Position numbers and translations under genes: made by a program. The notes under the pieces were generated by a model that saw nothing but the letters and a program-made list of their open reading frames with translations, was not told the origin of the DNA and did no database searches. From Candidatus Eiseniibacteriota bacterium (GTDB lineage Bacteria > Eisenbacteria > RBG-16-71-46), in NCBI GenBank assembly GCA_963776245.1, contig CAVZLN010000003.1, positions 1,167,517 to 1,231,516 on the forward strand: 64,000 nt of DNA, given 5' to 3'. The first letter of the stretch is position 1, and each line of letters opens with the position of its first letter. Below are positions 24,019 to 33,522 of the stretch, in pieces.

Positions 24019-24867
24019 GTGAGCGCGAGAGATTGGAGCGAGTCTGAGGTCCGAAGCACGGTCGAAGAGTACTTCGACATGCTTGTCAGCGAATTGCGGG
24101 GCGAGGCCTACTCGAAGGCCTCCCACAGGCAAAGCCTTCTCCCACGGCTGAATGGCAGGACCAGCGGTTCCGTCGAGTTCAAGTTCGGGAACATCAGCGC
24201 TGTGCTGCGCGACCTCGGCTTTACGTGGGTGGATGGCTACAAGCCCTACAGCAACTACCAGGCGCTTCTCGTGCAAGCCGTCACCGAGCGTATAGCCGCC
24301 GACAAGGCGCTTCAGCGTCTCGCCACGGGCGTCGCGGGCAAGCTCCCGCTGGTCACCAAAGTCTTGCCTCTTGCAGATCCCGCGCGCGAGGTCGAATGCC
24401 CAGAGCGACCACGGGTTGAGGACAAGAGAGGGAGCGGTCTTCTCCATTCGAGCACGCTTCGCTTTGACTTCGCGAAACGAGATGCTGAGAACCGCCGACT
24501 CGGTGAACTTGGAGAGCGTTTTGTGCTTGAAGTTGAGCGGGCGCGATTGTCTCGAGCCGGGCGTCCCGATCTGGCGGATCGCGTCGAATGGACCTCGAGA
24601 GACGTCGGTGATGGGACGGGCTACGACATCACCTCATTCACCGCCTCGGAGGATGTCCGACTGCTGGAGGTCAAGACGACGAATCACCACAAGCGGTTTC
24701 CATTTGTCGTATCACGGAACGAGGTAGTGGTCTCAGAGGAGAAGCACAACGCATTCTCGGTCGTCCGGGTCTTCGACTTTGGCCGTGACCCCCGCTTCTT
24801 CCTGCTTCCCGGAGCGATCAGCAAGTCCTGCCGCCTCGAGCCCCGGAGCTACACCGCCCGTTTGTGA
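24019..24867 (+). CDS. DUF3883 (NOV C-terminal-like) PD-(D/E)XK nuclease
   Basis: LGELGERFV, GDGTGYDITSF, LEVKTT, VSRNE; N-terminal DWSESEV...EFKFGNISAVL domain. Confidence 0.88.
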   Translation: MSARDWSESEVRSTVEEYFDMLVSELRGEAYSKASHRQSLLPRLNGRTSGSVEFKFGNISAVLRDLGFTWVDGYKPYSNYQALLVQAVTERIAADKALQRLATGVAGKLPLVTKVLPLADPAREVECPERPRVEDKRGSGLLHSSTLRFDFAKRDAENRRLGELGERFVLEVERARLSRAGRPDLADRVEWTSRDVGDGTGYDITSFTASEDVRLLEVKTTNHHKRFPFVVSRNEVVVSEEKHNAFSVVRVFDFGRDPRFFLLPGAISKSCRLEPRSYTARL

Positions 24868-24869
24868 TT

Positions 24870-24902
24870 GCCAGGCCTTCGCCAGGCCTTTGCCAGGCTT
24901 TC
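24870..24902 (+). repeat. Three tandem 11-bp repeats
   Basis: GCCAGGCCTTC / GCCAGGCCTTT / GCCAGGCTTTC. Confidence 0.7.
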
Positions 24903-25008
24903 GCTCGCGCGCGTCTCGGCTCTTGCCGCTCAGCACTCCGCCAGGCCAGGCTGCGCACATGGCACCGCACGACGTCAGACGCCATCCGCCGCGCGCTCGC
25001 CGCCGAGC

Positions 25009-25803
25009 GTGCCGGCCCTCGCCGGCAACTCGCAGGTCCTCGCTTACGCCCGGATCTTCTTCGCGAACCCAGTCGACACGTTTGAACTCGTCTGCATGGC
25101 GTCGAACATCGTCGACGACTTCGACGAGTGGGGGCCGGTCATCCAGGCGAACGTGGACGGCGAGTACTCGCCCGAGACCTCCATCGAGCGCCTGCGCGCT
25201 GCCCGCGATCGTCTCTTCGCACTCCACGACGATCGGCCACGCCCGCTCTGGCCATGGCACGTAGCCCAGGTGGCCGCGTGGCATCAGATCGATCCCGGCG
25301 GCAGAATGCCTTCCTCGGCCGCGCTCGACCCGACCGAACTGGTCATTTTCCCGAAATCGTTCGTGCGGGAGTCGCAGACCACGCTCGAGCTGCTGCGGCG
25401 CTACCCGGCGGACCAGCTCGATCTCCAGCCGACCGACAAGCTGCCCACCGCGCGCCAGTTAATCTGGACGCTGGTGCTCGGCCAGATGGCGATGGGCATG
25501 CTGACCGAGCGCGACGACGTGCTGCCGGGCGACATGCCCTCGCCGCCGGCCGCGCTGCCCGAGCTGATCGCGGCGTACGAGAGCGCGCATCGCGAGGCAA
25601 TCGCGCGTCTCGGGGCGCTTACCGAAGCGCGACTCAACAACCCCGTCCGAGTCCCGATCACCCGCCGCACCATCGGCGAGTGTCGTCGCGGCGACGTGCT
25701 ACGGATGCTCCTCCTCGACGGCATCCACCACCGCGGCCAGCTGTCGGTCTATCAGCGTCTCGCGGGAGGGATGGCGCTCGGCATCCACGGTCCGCCCGGC
25801 TGA
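25009..25803 (+). CDS. Unknown N-terminal domain fused to a DinB domain; start uncertain
   Basis: C-terminal half has DGIHHRGQLSVYQR and closely matches 28023-28526. Confidence 0.7.
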   Translation: MPALAGNSQVLAYARIFFANPVDTFELVCMASNIVDDFDEWGPVIQANVDGEYSPETSIERLRAARDRLFALHDDRPRPLWPWHVAQVAAWHQIDPGGRMPSSAALDPTELVIFPKSFVRESQTTLELLRRYPADQLDLQPTDKLPTARQLIWTLVLGQMAMGMLTERDDVLPGDMPSPPAALPELIAAYESAHREAIARLGALTEARLNNPVRVPITRRTIGECRRGDVLRMLLLDGIHHRGQLSVYQRLAGGMALGIHGPPG

Positions 25804-25899
25804 CCATCCCGGACTTTACGGACGGCCTAATGAAGGGTACGCTCCTCATCCCTTAATAAGCCGCGCGTCTCCTAAGGAACGCTGAATAGGGGGTGACGG

Positions 25900-27063
25900 G
25901 TGAAGCGAGCGCCTGCCGGGCAATACGTTACGTCGACCACCATGGGCGAGACCGTGCGCGCCTTCGAGCCCGCACCACTGCCGCCCGAGCCACCGCTCGC
26001 GCTCGACCACGATCTCAGCCACCGCCTGGACCGGGCGCACATCGCGCTGGGGCGCCTCGACGGGGTCTCGGGGCTCCTGCCCGACACGCACCTGTTCCTC
26101 TACGCCTATGTCCGCAAGGAGGCGGTGCTGTCATCCCAGATCGAGGGCACCCAGTCGTCGCTCTCGGACCTCATGCTGTTCGAGCTCGACGAGACTCCCG
26201 GCGTGCCGTTCGACGATGTGGTCGAGGTCTCGAGCTACGTCGCGGCGCTCGAGCACGGCCTTGCCCGGGTCCGCGAGGGATTCCCGCTCTCGAACCGACT
26301 CATCCGCGAGATGCACGGCATCCTGCTCTCGCGTGGTCGCGGGCAGAGCAAGTTGCCTGGGGAGTTTCGCCGCTCGCAGAACTGGATCGGGGGGACGCGG
26401 CCCGGCGACGCGCACTTCGTGCCTCCGCCACCCCAGCAGGTCGAACCGTGCATGGCCGCACTCGAACGGTTCCTGCACGACGAGCCCGTGCGCACGCCCA
26501 CGCTCATCAAGGCGGCACTGGCGCATGTGCAGTTCGAGACCATCCATCCATTCCTCGATGGCAACGGGCGTGTGGGCCGGCTGCTCATCCCGATGCTGCT
26601 CTGCATCGAGGGAGTGCTGCGCGAACCGCTGCTCTACCTAAGCCTGTACCTGAAGCAGAACCGGTCCCGGTACTACGAACTGCTCGACGGGGTGCGCACG
26701 GCGGGCGAGTGGGAGGAATGGCTGTCGTTCTTCGCAAGCGGGGTGGAGGAGACCGCCAACGCCGCCGTCGCGACGGCCCAGCGCATGAACGACATGGCGC
26801 AGGCGGATCGTGCGCGAGTGCAGGGGGCGGGCCGCATCGCGGGGTCCGCGCTCCAAGTGCATCATGCGCTGCTGTCGCGCCCCATCAACACGATCGCGCG
26901 CCTGGCGAGCGACACCGGACTCTCGATCCCAGCGGTCACTGGCGCGATCGCGGCGCTCTCGTCCATCGGGATGGTCCGCGAGATCACGGGTCGCAAGCGT
27001 GGGCGGGTGTTCGCGTACGGCCCGTACCTCGATCTGCTTCAGCAGGGGATGGAACCACTCTGA
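25900..27063 (+). CDS. Fic family protein (class II, with inhibitory helix and C-terminal HTH)
   Basis: HPFLDGNGRVGR Fic motif; N-terminal SSQIEG inhibitory motif. Confidence 0.95.
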   Translation: MKRAPAGQYVTSTTMGETVRAFEPAPLPPEPPLALDHDLSHRLDRAHIALGRLDGVSGLLPDTHLFLYAYVRKEAVLSSQIEGTQSSLSDLMLFELDETPGVPFDDVVEVSSYVAALEHGLARVREGFPLSNRLIREMHGILLSRGRGQSKLPGEFRRSQNWIGGTRPGDAHFVPPPPQQVEPCMAALERFLHDEPVRTPTLIKAALAHVQFETIHPFLDGNGRVGRLLIPMLLCIEGVLREPLLYLSLYLKQNRSRYYELLDGVRTAGEWEEWLSFFASGVEETANAAVATAQRMNDMAQADRARVQGAGRIAGSALQVHHALLSRPINTIARLASDTGLSIPAVTGAIAALSSIGMVREITGRKRGRVFAYGPYLDLLQQGMEPL

Positions 27064-27141
27064 GCCCCGAGGGCGAGGCCTTCCGCCCCATCGGGATTCC
27101 CGGGGCGTGGCCCCGTCAACCCGAGTCCATCCTCCCTCACC

Positions 27142-27840
27142 TCACCGCGCCACCTTCGCCGTCCCCCATCCGGGCCCGCGGCCGGCCCAGGTCTGCTTGT
27201 CGGTTGGCAGGTGCGCGACCTCGTTGAACACCACCAGGCGTGTGTTGCCGTCCGGCTTGATGGTGATGATGGTCACGCTCGCGTTCGCGATGTCCATGTA
27301 GGCCCAGCGCCGCGTGTCGGCACCGATCGCCCGGGTCGTGAACCAGCGGATGACGTTGCCGTGGCAGACCAGCACCTCGTGCGTGTCTCCGTCCGCGGAG
27401 GGTCGCGCATAGCTGGCCCACGCGGCTTCCATCTGGGCCTGCGACGAGTCGGCCTCGCCGGGGGTGTCGTACCGGATGTCGGGCCGGCTCGCGGGCGGCT
27501 GGCACTCATTGAGCAGCGAGTCGCGGGTGACCGCCACCCCGAGTGCCTTCCCGATGATGTCCCCGGTCTCCATCGCGCGCGAGTACATGCTGGTGCGCAC
27601 GGTCGCGAACCGCACCGGCATGGACTTCAGCCGCTTCGCCACCAGTCGCGCCTGCTCCCTGCCGAGCGCGTCGAGGTGCTTGCCCACGCGCGCGTCGGCG
27701 GGATCCTTCGCGTCGTAGTACCCATGGCGGATCAGGTAGAGCACGTGCGTGCCGGGGGCCGCCGGCGCGGGGGCGGGCATGGCGGCGATGCACGCCAACG
27801 CCAGCACGGCGGTCAGCCACATGCGGATCAGGGGCTTCAT
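27142..27840 (-). CDS. Secreted histidine phosphatase (PGAM family)
   Basis: Signal peptide, LIRHG, RAMET, VCHGNVIR. Confidence 0.9.
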   Translation of the reverse strand: MKPLIRMWLTAVLALACIAAMPAPAPAAPGTHVLYLIRHGYYDAKDPADARVGKHLDALGREQARLVAKRLKSMPVRFATVRTSMYSRAMETGDIIGKALGVAVTRDSLLNECQPPASRPDIRYDTPGEADSSQAQMEAAWASYARPSADGDTHEVLVCHGNVIRWFTTRAIGADTRRWAYMDIANASVTIITIKPDGNTRLVVFNEVAHLPTDKQTWAGRGPGWGTAKVAR

Positions 27841-28022
27841 CGGGGTTCTCCGTTCGAGTTCGAAGGCGGTTGGGGCCCGCCGGCATCGTGAGGGAACGCG
27901 ATCCGGGACTCAACCCGGCACCGGCCCCGACGAGCGGCGCATCCCAGAGTGGGTCCGCCGCATCAGAACCGTCCCCAGGTCGCACCGTTCAGGACCCCCG
28001 CGGCAGGCAGGAGGCACACGCG

Positions 28023-28526
28023 ATGCCCACGCAGACCATCACCGAGAAGGGCAAGTTCATTGAGACCTTCGAGCGCGAGTACCAGACCACTCTCAAACTG
28101 CTCCGGCTGTACCCCGCCGACCAGCTCGATCTCAAGCCGAGCCCCAGGTCGAACGTCGCGCGCGACATCATCTGGGTGCTGGCGCTGGGCCACATGGCGC
28201 TCGGCATCGTGATCGAGAAGAATGAACTCATGCCGGGCGAGATGCCGAAGGCGCCGGCGACCATGCCCGAGATCCTTGCGGCCATGGAGGCCGCGCACCG
28301 CGACACCGCGGCGAAGCTCCAGAAGCTCACCGACGAGCAGATGAACGCCAGCATCCGCATTCCGGTGGGACCGAAGCAGATCGGCGACGTGCGCCGCGGC
28401 GACGCGCTGTGGATGTTCCTCTACGACGGCATCCACCACCGCGGGCAGGTCACGGTCTACCAGCGCATCGCCGGCGGCAAGGTGCCGAGCATCTACGGGC
28501 CGTCGGGCGACGAGCCCTGGATGTAG
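28023..28526 (+). CDS. DinB family protein
   Basis: HHRGQVTVYQR, VPSIYGPSGDE; RBS AGGAGG. Confidence 0.92.
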   Translation: MPTQTITEKGKFIETFEREYQTTLKLLRLYPADQLDLKPSPRSNVARDIIWVLALGHMALGIVIEKNELMPGEMPKAPATMPEILAAMEAAHRDTAAKLQKLTDEQMNASIRIPVGPKQIGDVRRGDALWMFLYDGIHHRGQVTVYQRIAGGKVPSIYGPSGDEPWM

Positions 28527-28541
28527 GAGCGCGGGCCAAGC

Positions 28542-28577
28542 ACAACGACCACCCTCGTGGATGAGGGTGGTCGTTGT
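28542..28577. terminator. Hairpin between convergent genes
   Basis: ACAACGACCACCCTC / GAGGGTGGTCGTTGT 15-bp perfect stem. Confidence 0.75.
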
Positions 28578-28597
28578 CGTCAGCCGGTCAGTCCATC

Positions 28598-29252
28598 TCA
28601 GCGATAGAGGATCTTGATACGGCCCCAGGTCGCGCGCGACACCGGGGTGGCATTGTCGTACGTGTACGTCACCACCACGTTGGCGCCCGCCTTGGTGCTG
28701 ACGCCGTGGCTCGCGTTTCCGCAATCATCCGAGACGTAGGCCTTCCCGGTCGCCTTGCACGGCAGCACGATCGAGCCCGCTCCCGAGAACAGCGCGAGGT
28801 CCGCCGGCGCCGTGACCACCATGGTGGCGGTCTGACTGAGCGCGAGATCGAGTGCGGTGTAGCCGGACGTTCCGCCGAAGTTGAGGACCCCGTCGTAGAC
28901 CGGCATGGTCTGGCTGTACTCGCGGGCGGCGATGGTGGAGGTGAGCAGCGTGGCGTCGGGACGCTGCAGCTCGACCTTCGCCTGCGAAGAGTCCTGGCTG
29001 GTGCAGGTCGACGAGGTCGACATGTTCTCGAACCGGAACGTGGACACCAGGTCGGTGCGCACCTCGAGGGACACGCTCATCAGCGTCCCGAGAGCCGGGT
29101 TGAACTTCGGGAAGCTGAGCGTGGTCGTCCAGTTGGTGGCCGAGACCGGGTAGCTGGCCGAGTAACTCGCGATGACCGAAGCGGCCGACGGAGTGGCCAG
29201 GCAGATCGGCGTGAGGGCGAGTACCAGGAGGAGCGGAGAAGCGGTAGCGCAT
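28598..29252 (-). CDS. Secreted choice-of-anchor E-like protein with C-terminal TWGxIKxLYR motif; indel just after the start
   Basis: TNWTTTLSFPKFNPALGTL, YDGVLNFGGTSG, VVVTYTY; ends TPVSRATWGRIKILYR; RBS GGGAGG precedes ATG 29252, which is out of frame with the body. Confidence 0.78.
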
Positions 29253-29421
29253 GAGGGAACCTCCCGAAGGATGTCGATCCCGCGGCCGAGGAACACAGGA
29301 GGTGTGATCCCCAGGCGGCCGATGCAGGACAGCATCTTAGCCCGGCGCCGCCCTCGGATGCCAGCCATTTCGCGGGGCTTCCCCCGGTCACGCCCCGCGC
29401 CCGGGGCCTCGATTCAGCGGC

Positions 29422-30429
29422 TCAGGCGGTCTCCGCCGAGTCGCTCTCGGACCCGGCCGCGGGCTCCACCGGCCGCACCATCACCTGGTTCTCGCGCTCG
29501 CACTGCGCCAGCCCGGCGGGCGACTTGCGCGGCTTGCGCACGTACTTCTTGAGCGTCCAGATCACCGGCACCTTGCCGGCGGTGCGGGCCTGCGAGAAGA
29601 ACGCGGCCCACGACGCCACCTCGGCGATGGTCGCCTTGCTCGGCTCGTTCTTGCCCTTGCCGCGCCGCAGCACCACGTGGCTGCCGGGGCAGCCGTGGAC
29701 GTGGAACCAGTAGTCCTCGGGTCGCGCCAGCGTGTGCGAGAGGTAGTCGTTGCCGTCGTTGTTGCGGCCGATCAGCACGTCCCAGCCCTCGCGCGTCCTG
29801 TAGCGCCGCGGCTGCAGGCGCGCGTTGGGCGCGCGCGCGGCGCCCCGCGACACGCTTTCGAGGCTGACGCGCGCCGGTGCCGGCCCCGCGGGGGCGCGGG
29901 CGATGCCGGCGCGCATCGCGGGCGGCAGCGCCGCGAGTGCCAGGTCCATCGCCTGCGCGACCGCGCCCTCGATCACCACCGCCTCGCCGATCGCCACCCG
30001 CGCCGCGGCCTCGCTGCGCGCGGTCTCGATGCGCTCGAGCAGCAGGCGCAGCGCGTGCAGCTCGGCCTCGAGCGCGGCGATGCGCGGCGGGATCTCCGCG
30101 AGTGCTCGCTCGCCCTTGGCGGCGCGCTTGAACAGGCGCGCCACGTTGCCCTGCGCGCTCAGGTTCGGATCGAGCGCGACCTCGAGCGTGCTCGACTGCT
30201 CGGCGGGGTCCGGCAGCGTGACGCTCGACGCGCGCGCCGGCACCTGCTTGAGGTAGGTGAGCAGCGCCTCGGCGTGGCGGCGATGGAGCGGCGCGCGCTC
30301 GGCCTCGGCGAGGTCGCCGCGCACCGCCTCGAGCTTGCGCGCCAGCTTGTCGCGCTGCTTCTTGAGCGCGCGCAGGATCTCGGCCTGGCGCGCCGCGGCG
30401 ACCTGCTCGGGAGTGGGCGTGGGTTGCAT
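29422..30429 (-). CDS. NFACT RNA-binding (DUF814) protein, Rqc2/RqcH C-terminal part
   Basis: LDPNLSAQGN, IGRNNDGND, DYWFHVHGCPGSHVVL, KYVRKPRKSPAG. Confidence 0.88.
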   Translation of the reverse strand: MQPTPTPEQVAAARQAEILRALKKQRDKLARKLEAVRGDLAEAERAPLHRRHAEALLTYLKQVPARASSVTLPDPAEQSSTLEVALDPNLSAQGNVARLFKRAAKGERALAEIPPRIAALEAELHALRLLLERIETARSEAAARVAIGEAVVIEGAVAQAMDLALAALPPAMRAGIARAPAGPAPARVSLESVSRGAARAPNARLQPRRYRTREGWDVLIGRNNDGNDYLSHTLARPEDYWFHVHGCPGSHVVLRRGKGKNEPSKATIAEVASWAAFFSQARTAGKVPVIWTLKKYVRKPRKSPAGLAQCERENQVMVRPVEPAAGSESDSAETA

Positions 30430-30495
30430 GGTGGGCGACCCTAGCGCGGTAGGGCGTGGGTGGGCAAAGGGGAGTGGGCGTGCGGCGCACGGCCG

Positions 30496-30600
30496 TTGAC
30501 AGCTCGGACGGGCAGTCCTAAGTTCGCCGCATCCACACCAGTCGGGTCCGCGAGGACTCGCTGGCCCCCCCCGGGTTGCGACCCGGGGGATTCGTTTCTT
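30496..30600 (+). promoter_or_regulatory. Promoter and structured leader with terminator-like hairpin upstream of the NYN gene
   Basis: TTGACA-N17-TAAGTT; GCGA-tetraloop hairpin 30538-30564; CCCCCGGGT-TGCG-ACCCGGGGG then ATTCGTTTCTT. Confidence 0.6.
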
Positions 30601-30622
30601 CCCGCCCCCGCGCGGGACGAAC

Positions 30623-31261
30623 GTGAACCGAACGACGTTCCTCGTCGACGGATTCAATCTCTACCACTCCCTCAAGGAAGCGACGCGCGATCTGGGTGGA
30701 GCCGGCACGCGCTGGCTGGACCTGCGATCACTGTGCTCGTCGTTCCTCTATCTGGTCGGAGGGAATGCGAGCCTGGCCAGCGTCCACTACTTCTCAGCCC
30801 TCGCGACTCACCTGGAGACGGTGAAGCCAGGCGTCACCGGGCGACATCTCGCGTACATCCGCTGCCTGCGGGAAAGGGGCATCGACGTCGAACTCGGGGA
30901 GTTCAAAGAGCGACGTTCCATGTGTCCCCATTGCGGCCAACAGATCGTCCGACACGAGGAGAAGCAGACCGATGTGGCGATTGCCTGCCGTCTCCTCGAG
31001 CGGTTCGGGCGGGACCGCTGTGACGCAGTGGTGCTAGTCACGGGTGACAGTGACCTCGCTGCCGCCGTCCGAGAAGCCCGAAAGTGGTTTCCCGACCGGG
31101 ATGTCCTGTGCGGGTTCCCCTATCGGCGCGAGAGCCACGAATTGAGGTCGATCGCCACCAGCACGTTTCGGATTCGCCGAGAGCGATACCTCCAGCACCA
31201 GTTGCCGGACCCGGTGAACCTCCCGGATGGGACCCTCGTGCATAGGCCGCGGGAATGGTGA
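30623..31261 (+). CDS. NYN domain (PIN-like) ribonuclease
   Basis: FLVDGFNLYH, EEKQTDVAIA, LVTGDSDL; CPHC insert. Confidence 0.92.
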   Translation: MNRTTFLVDGFNLYHSLKEATRDLGGAGTRWLDLRSLCSSFLYLVGGNASLASVHYFSALATHLETVKPGVTGRHLAYIRCLRERGIDVELGEFKERRSMCPHCGQQIVRHEEKQTDVAIACRLLERFGRDRCDAVVLVTGDSDLAAAVREARKWFPDRDVLCGFPYRRESHELRSIATSTFRIRRERYLQHQLPDPVNLPDGTLVHRPREW

Positions 31262-31333
31262 GCCAGGTCCACTTGATAGCAAAGCCGTCCGCCGCCCTTG
31301 ACGCGTCCGGGCCCGCGGTCGCACGCTCGGGAC

Positions 31334-31717
31334 GTGGCGAACCTCCAATGCCATCAGTGCGGCGCGCCGGTCGAGATCGCCGAGCCGCTGGCGCGCGACG
31401 CGGAGTGCCCGTCGTGCGCGCGCGACCTGCGCTGCTGCCTCAATTGCCGGCACCACGACCCGCGCCTCAACAACCAGTGCCGCGAGACCGAGGCCGACCT
31501 GGTCGAGGACCGCGACCGGCGCAACTTCTGCGAGTTCTTCTCCTTCAGCCGGGCGCCCCACGCGCCGGGCGGCGCCGCCAGCGCCCGGCGGGACGCCGCG
31601 CGGGCGAAGCTGGACGCGCTCTTCGGAGGCAAACCGGCGGGGTCCGGGCCCGCGGGCAACGCCCGCGACCGGCTCGATTCGCTGTTCAAGAAGCCGCCGC
31701 CCGGCGAGGACGAATAG
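31334..31717 (+). CDS. Cys-rich zinc-binding hypothetical protein
   Basis: CHQC, CPSC, CCLNC, NQCRE, NFCEFF. Confidence 0.8.
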   Translation: MANLQCHQCGAPVEIAEPLARDAECPSCARDLRCCLNCRHHDPRLNNQCRETEADLVEDRDRRNFCEFFSFSRAPHAPGGAASARRDAARAKLDALFGGKPAGSGPAGNARDRLDSLFKKPPPGEDE

Positions 31718-31922
31718 CCTCCTCGGCTTCCCCGCTTCTCCACCGCCCGCGGTGGGCATCCGGTGGATTCGGGGCCGCGGGCCTCGGCGGACCCGCGCAA
31801 CACCCGCGCGACCCGCACCGCGCCCGCGCCAATCGCGCTCGGAGTCGCGCTCCACGCGGGCCCGTCACGTTGACGCGGACGGCCGAAATCACTACCTTCC
31901 GCCGTCCCACCGGAGGTCCTCG

Positions 31923-32802
31923 ATGATCCGAAGCATGACCGGGTTCGGTTCGGCCGACCTCGAGCAGAATGGCCAGCGGCTGACCGCCGAGATCCGCTCG
32001 GTCAATCACCGGTTCTGCGAGGTCTCGGTCCGCGCCCCCAAACTGGTGCAACTGTTCGAGGACCGCATCCGCCAGTTGATCCAGGAGAAGTTCTCCCGCG
32101 GCAAGTTCAATCTCACCATCACCTGGTCGGGCTCCGGCGGGCGGCGGCGAGGTGCTCAAGCTCAACGAGGTCGCGGCCGACCGCTACGTGGCCGTGCTCA
32201 CCCAGCTCAAGCAGCGCTACGGGCTCACCCAGCAGATCGACCTGCGCACGCTGGCGCTCATGCCCGACCTGTTCGAGTGGGAGCACGCCGCGGTCTCCGA
32301 CGACGAGACCTGGACGCTGGTCAAGCGGGTGGTGGACGCCAGTTGCGACAACATGAACGGCATGAAGGCGCGCGAGGGTGACGCGCTGGCGAAGGACCTG
32401 ATCGAGCGCCTGCGACTGATCCGCGAGCAGCTCGACGTGGTCTCGGTGCGTGCGCCGTACCGCCCCCAGGAGGCCAAAGAGCGCCTCGAGGGGCGCCTCA
32501 AGCAGTTGCTCGGCGACGTCGAGATGGATCCGCTCCGCGTGGCGCAGGAGATCGCGCTCATGGTGGACCGGCTCGACTGCACCGAGGAGTGCGTGCGGCT
32601 CGCGGCGCACCTCGACCAGTTCCGGTCGCTCATCGAGGGGCAGGAGCTGGCCGGCCGCAAGCTCAACTTCCTGCTCCAGGAGATGAACCGCGAGGCCAAC
32701 ACCATCGGCTCGAAATCGAACGACGTCGAGATCACCCGCGGCGTCATCATCATGAAGGAAGAGATCGAGCGCCTGCGCGAGCAGGTGCAGAACGTGGAGT
32801 AG
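31923..32802 (+). CDS. yicC: YicC/YloC endoribonuclease, frameshift near 32140
   Basis: MIRSMTGFG, RSVNHRF; GRKLNFLLQEMNREANTIGSK, REQVQNVE; directly upstream of gmk. Confidence 0.93.
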
Positions 32803-32804
32803 CG

Positions 32805-33446
32805 TTGACGTCCGACACCGCACCCGGCACCGACCTGACGCGCACCCCGTTCCGCTTCGAGCGCGGCGGGTTCCTGCTGGTGCTCTCCGGGCCCTCGGGC
32901 GCGGGCAAGGGCACGCTGGTGGACCGACTGATCGCCGAGCGGCCGGAGTGCGCGTTCTCGGTCTCGGCGACGACGCGCCCGATCCGCCCGGGCGAGGTCA
33001 ACGGCGTGCAGTACGAGTTCGTGGACCAGGCCGGCTTCCTGCGCCGCCGCGACGCCGGCGAGTTCCTGGAATGGGCCGAGGTGCACGGCAATCTGTACGC
33101 CACACCGACGCGGTTCGTGGACGACGGCGTGAAGGCGGGCCGGGTGGTGGTGCTCGACGTGGACGTGCAGGGCGGTGCGAGCGTGCGCGTGGCGCGGCCC
33201 GACGCGGTCTCGGTGTTCATCTACCCGCCGAGCCTCGACGCGCTGCGGCAGCGGCTGCTCAAGCGCAGCACCGACCAGCCGGCGGTGATCGAGACCCGGC
33301 TGCGCAACGCGCCCGGCGAACTGGCGCAGTGGACCGAGTACCAGTACCTGGTCATGAACGACGACCTCGAGCGGGCCACGCAACGCCTGCTCGCGATCGT
33401 CGATGCCGAGCGCGCGCGCGTGACGCGCCTGCGCGGAGCGTTCTGA
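32805..33446 (+). CDS. gmk: Guanylate kinase
   Basis: LSGPSGAGKGT, SATTRPIRPGE, LEWAEVHGNLY. Confidence 0.97.
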   Translation: MTSDTAPGTDLTRTPFRFERGGFLLVLSGPSGAGKGTLVDRLIAERPECAFSVSATTRPIRPGEVNGVQYEFVDQAGFLRRRDAGEFLEWAEVHGNLYATPTRFVDDGVKAGRVVVLDVDVQGGASVRVARPDAVSVFIYPPSLDALRQRLLKRSTDQPAVIETRLRNAPGELAQWTEYQYLVMNDDLERATQRLLAIVDAERARVTRLRGAF

Positions 33447-33522
33447 TCCCCAGCACCGCGTCCTGGCGCGGAGACCCGCAGGCCGAGCGACACCCCGACC
33501 CCACACCCCGAGGAGAACACCG

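Noticed and set aside
32130..32152. Programmed frameshift in yicC (or selB, dnaB)
   Set aside because: No slippery heptamer or stimulatory structure seen; matches the window-wide indel pattern.
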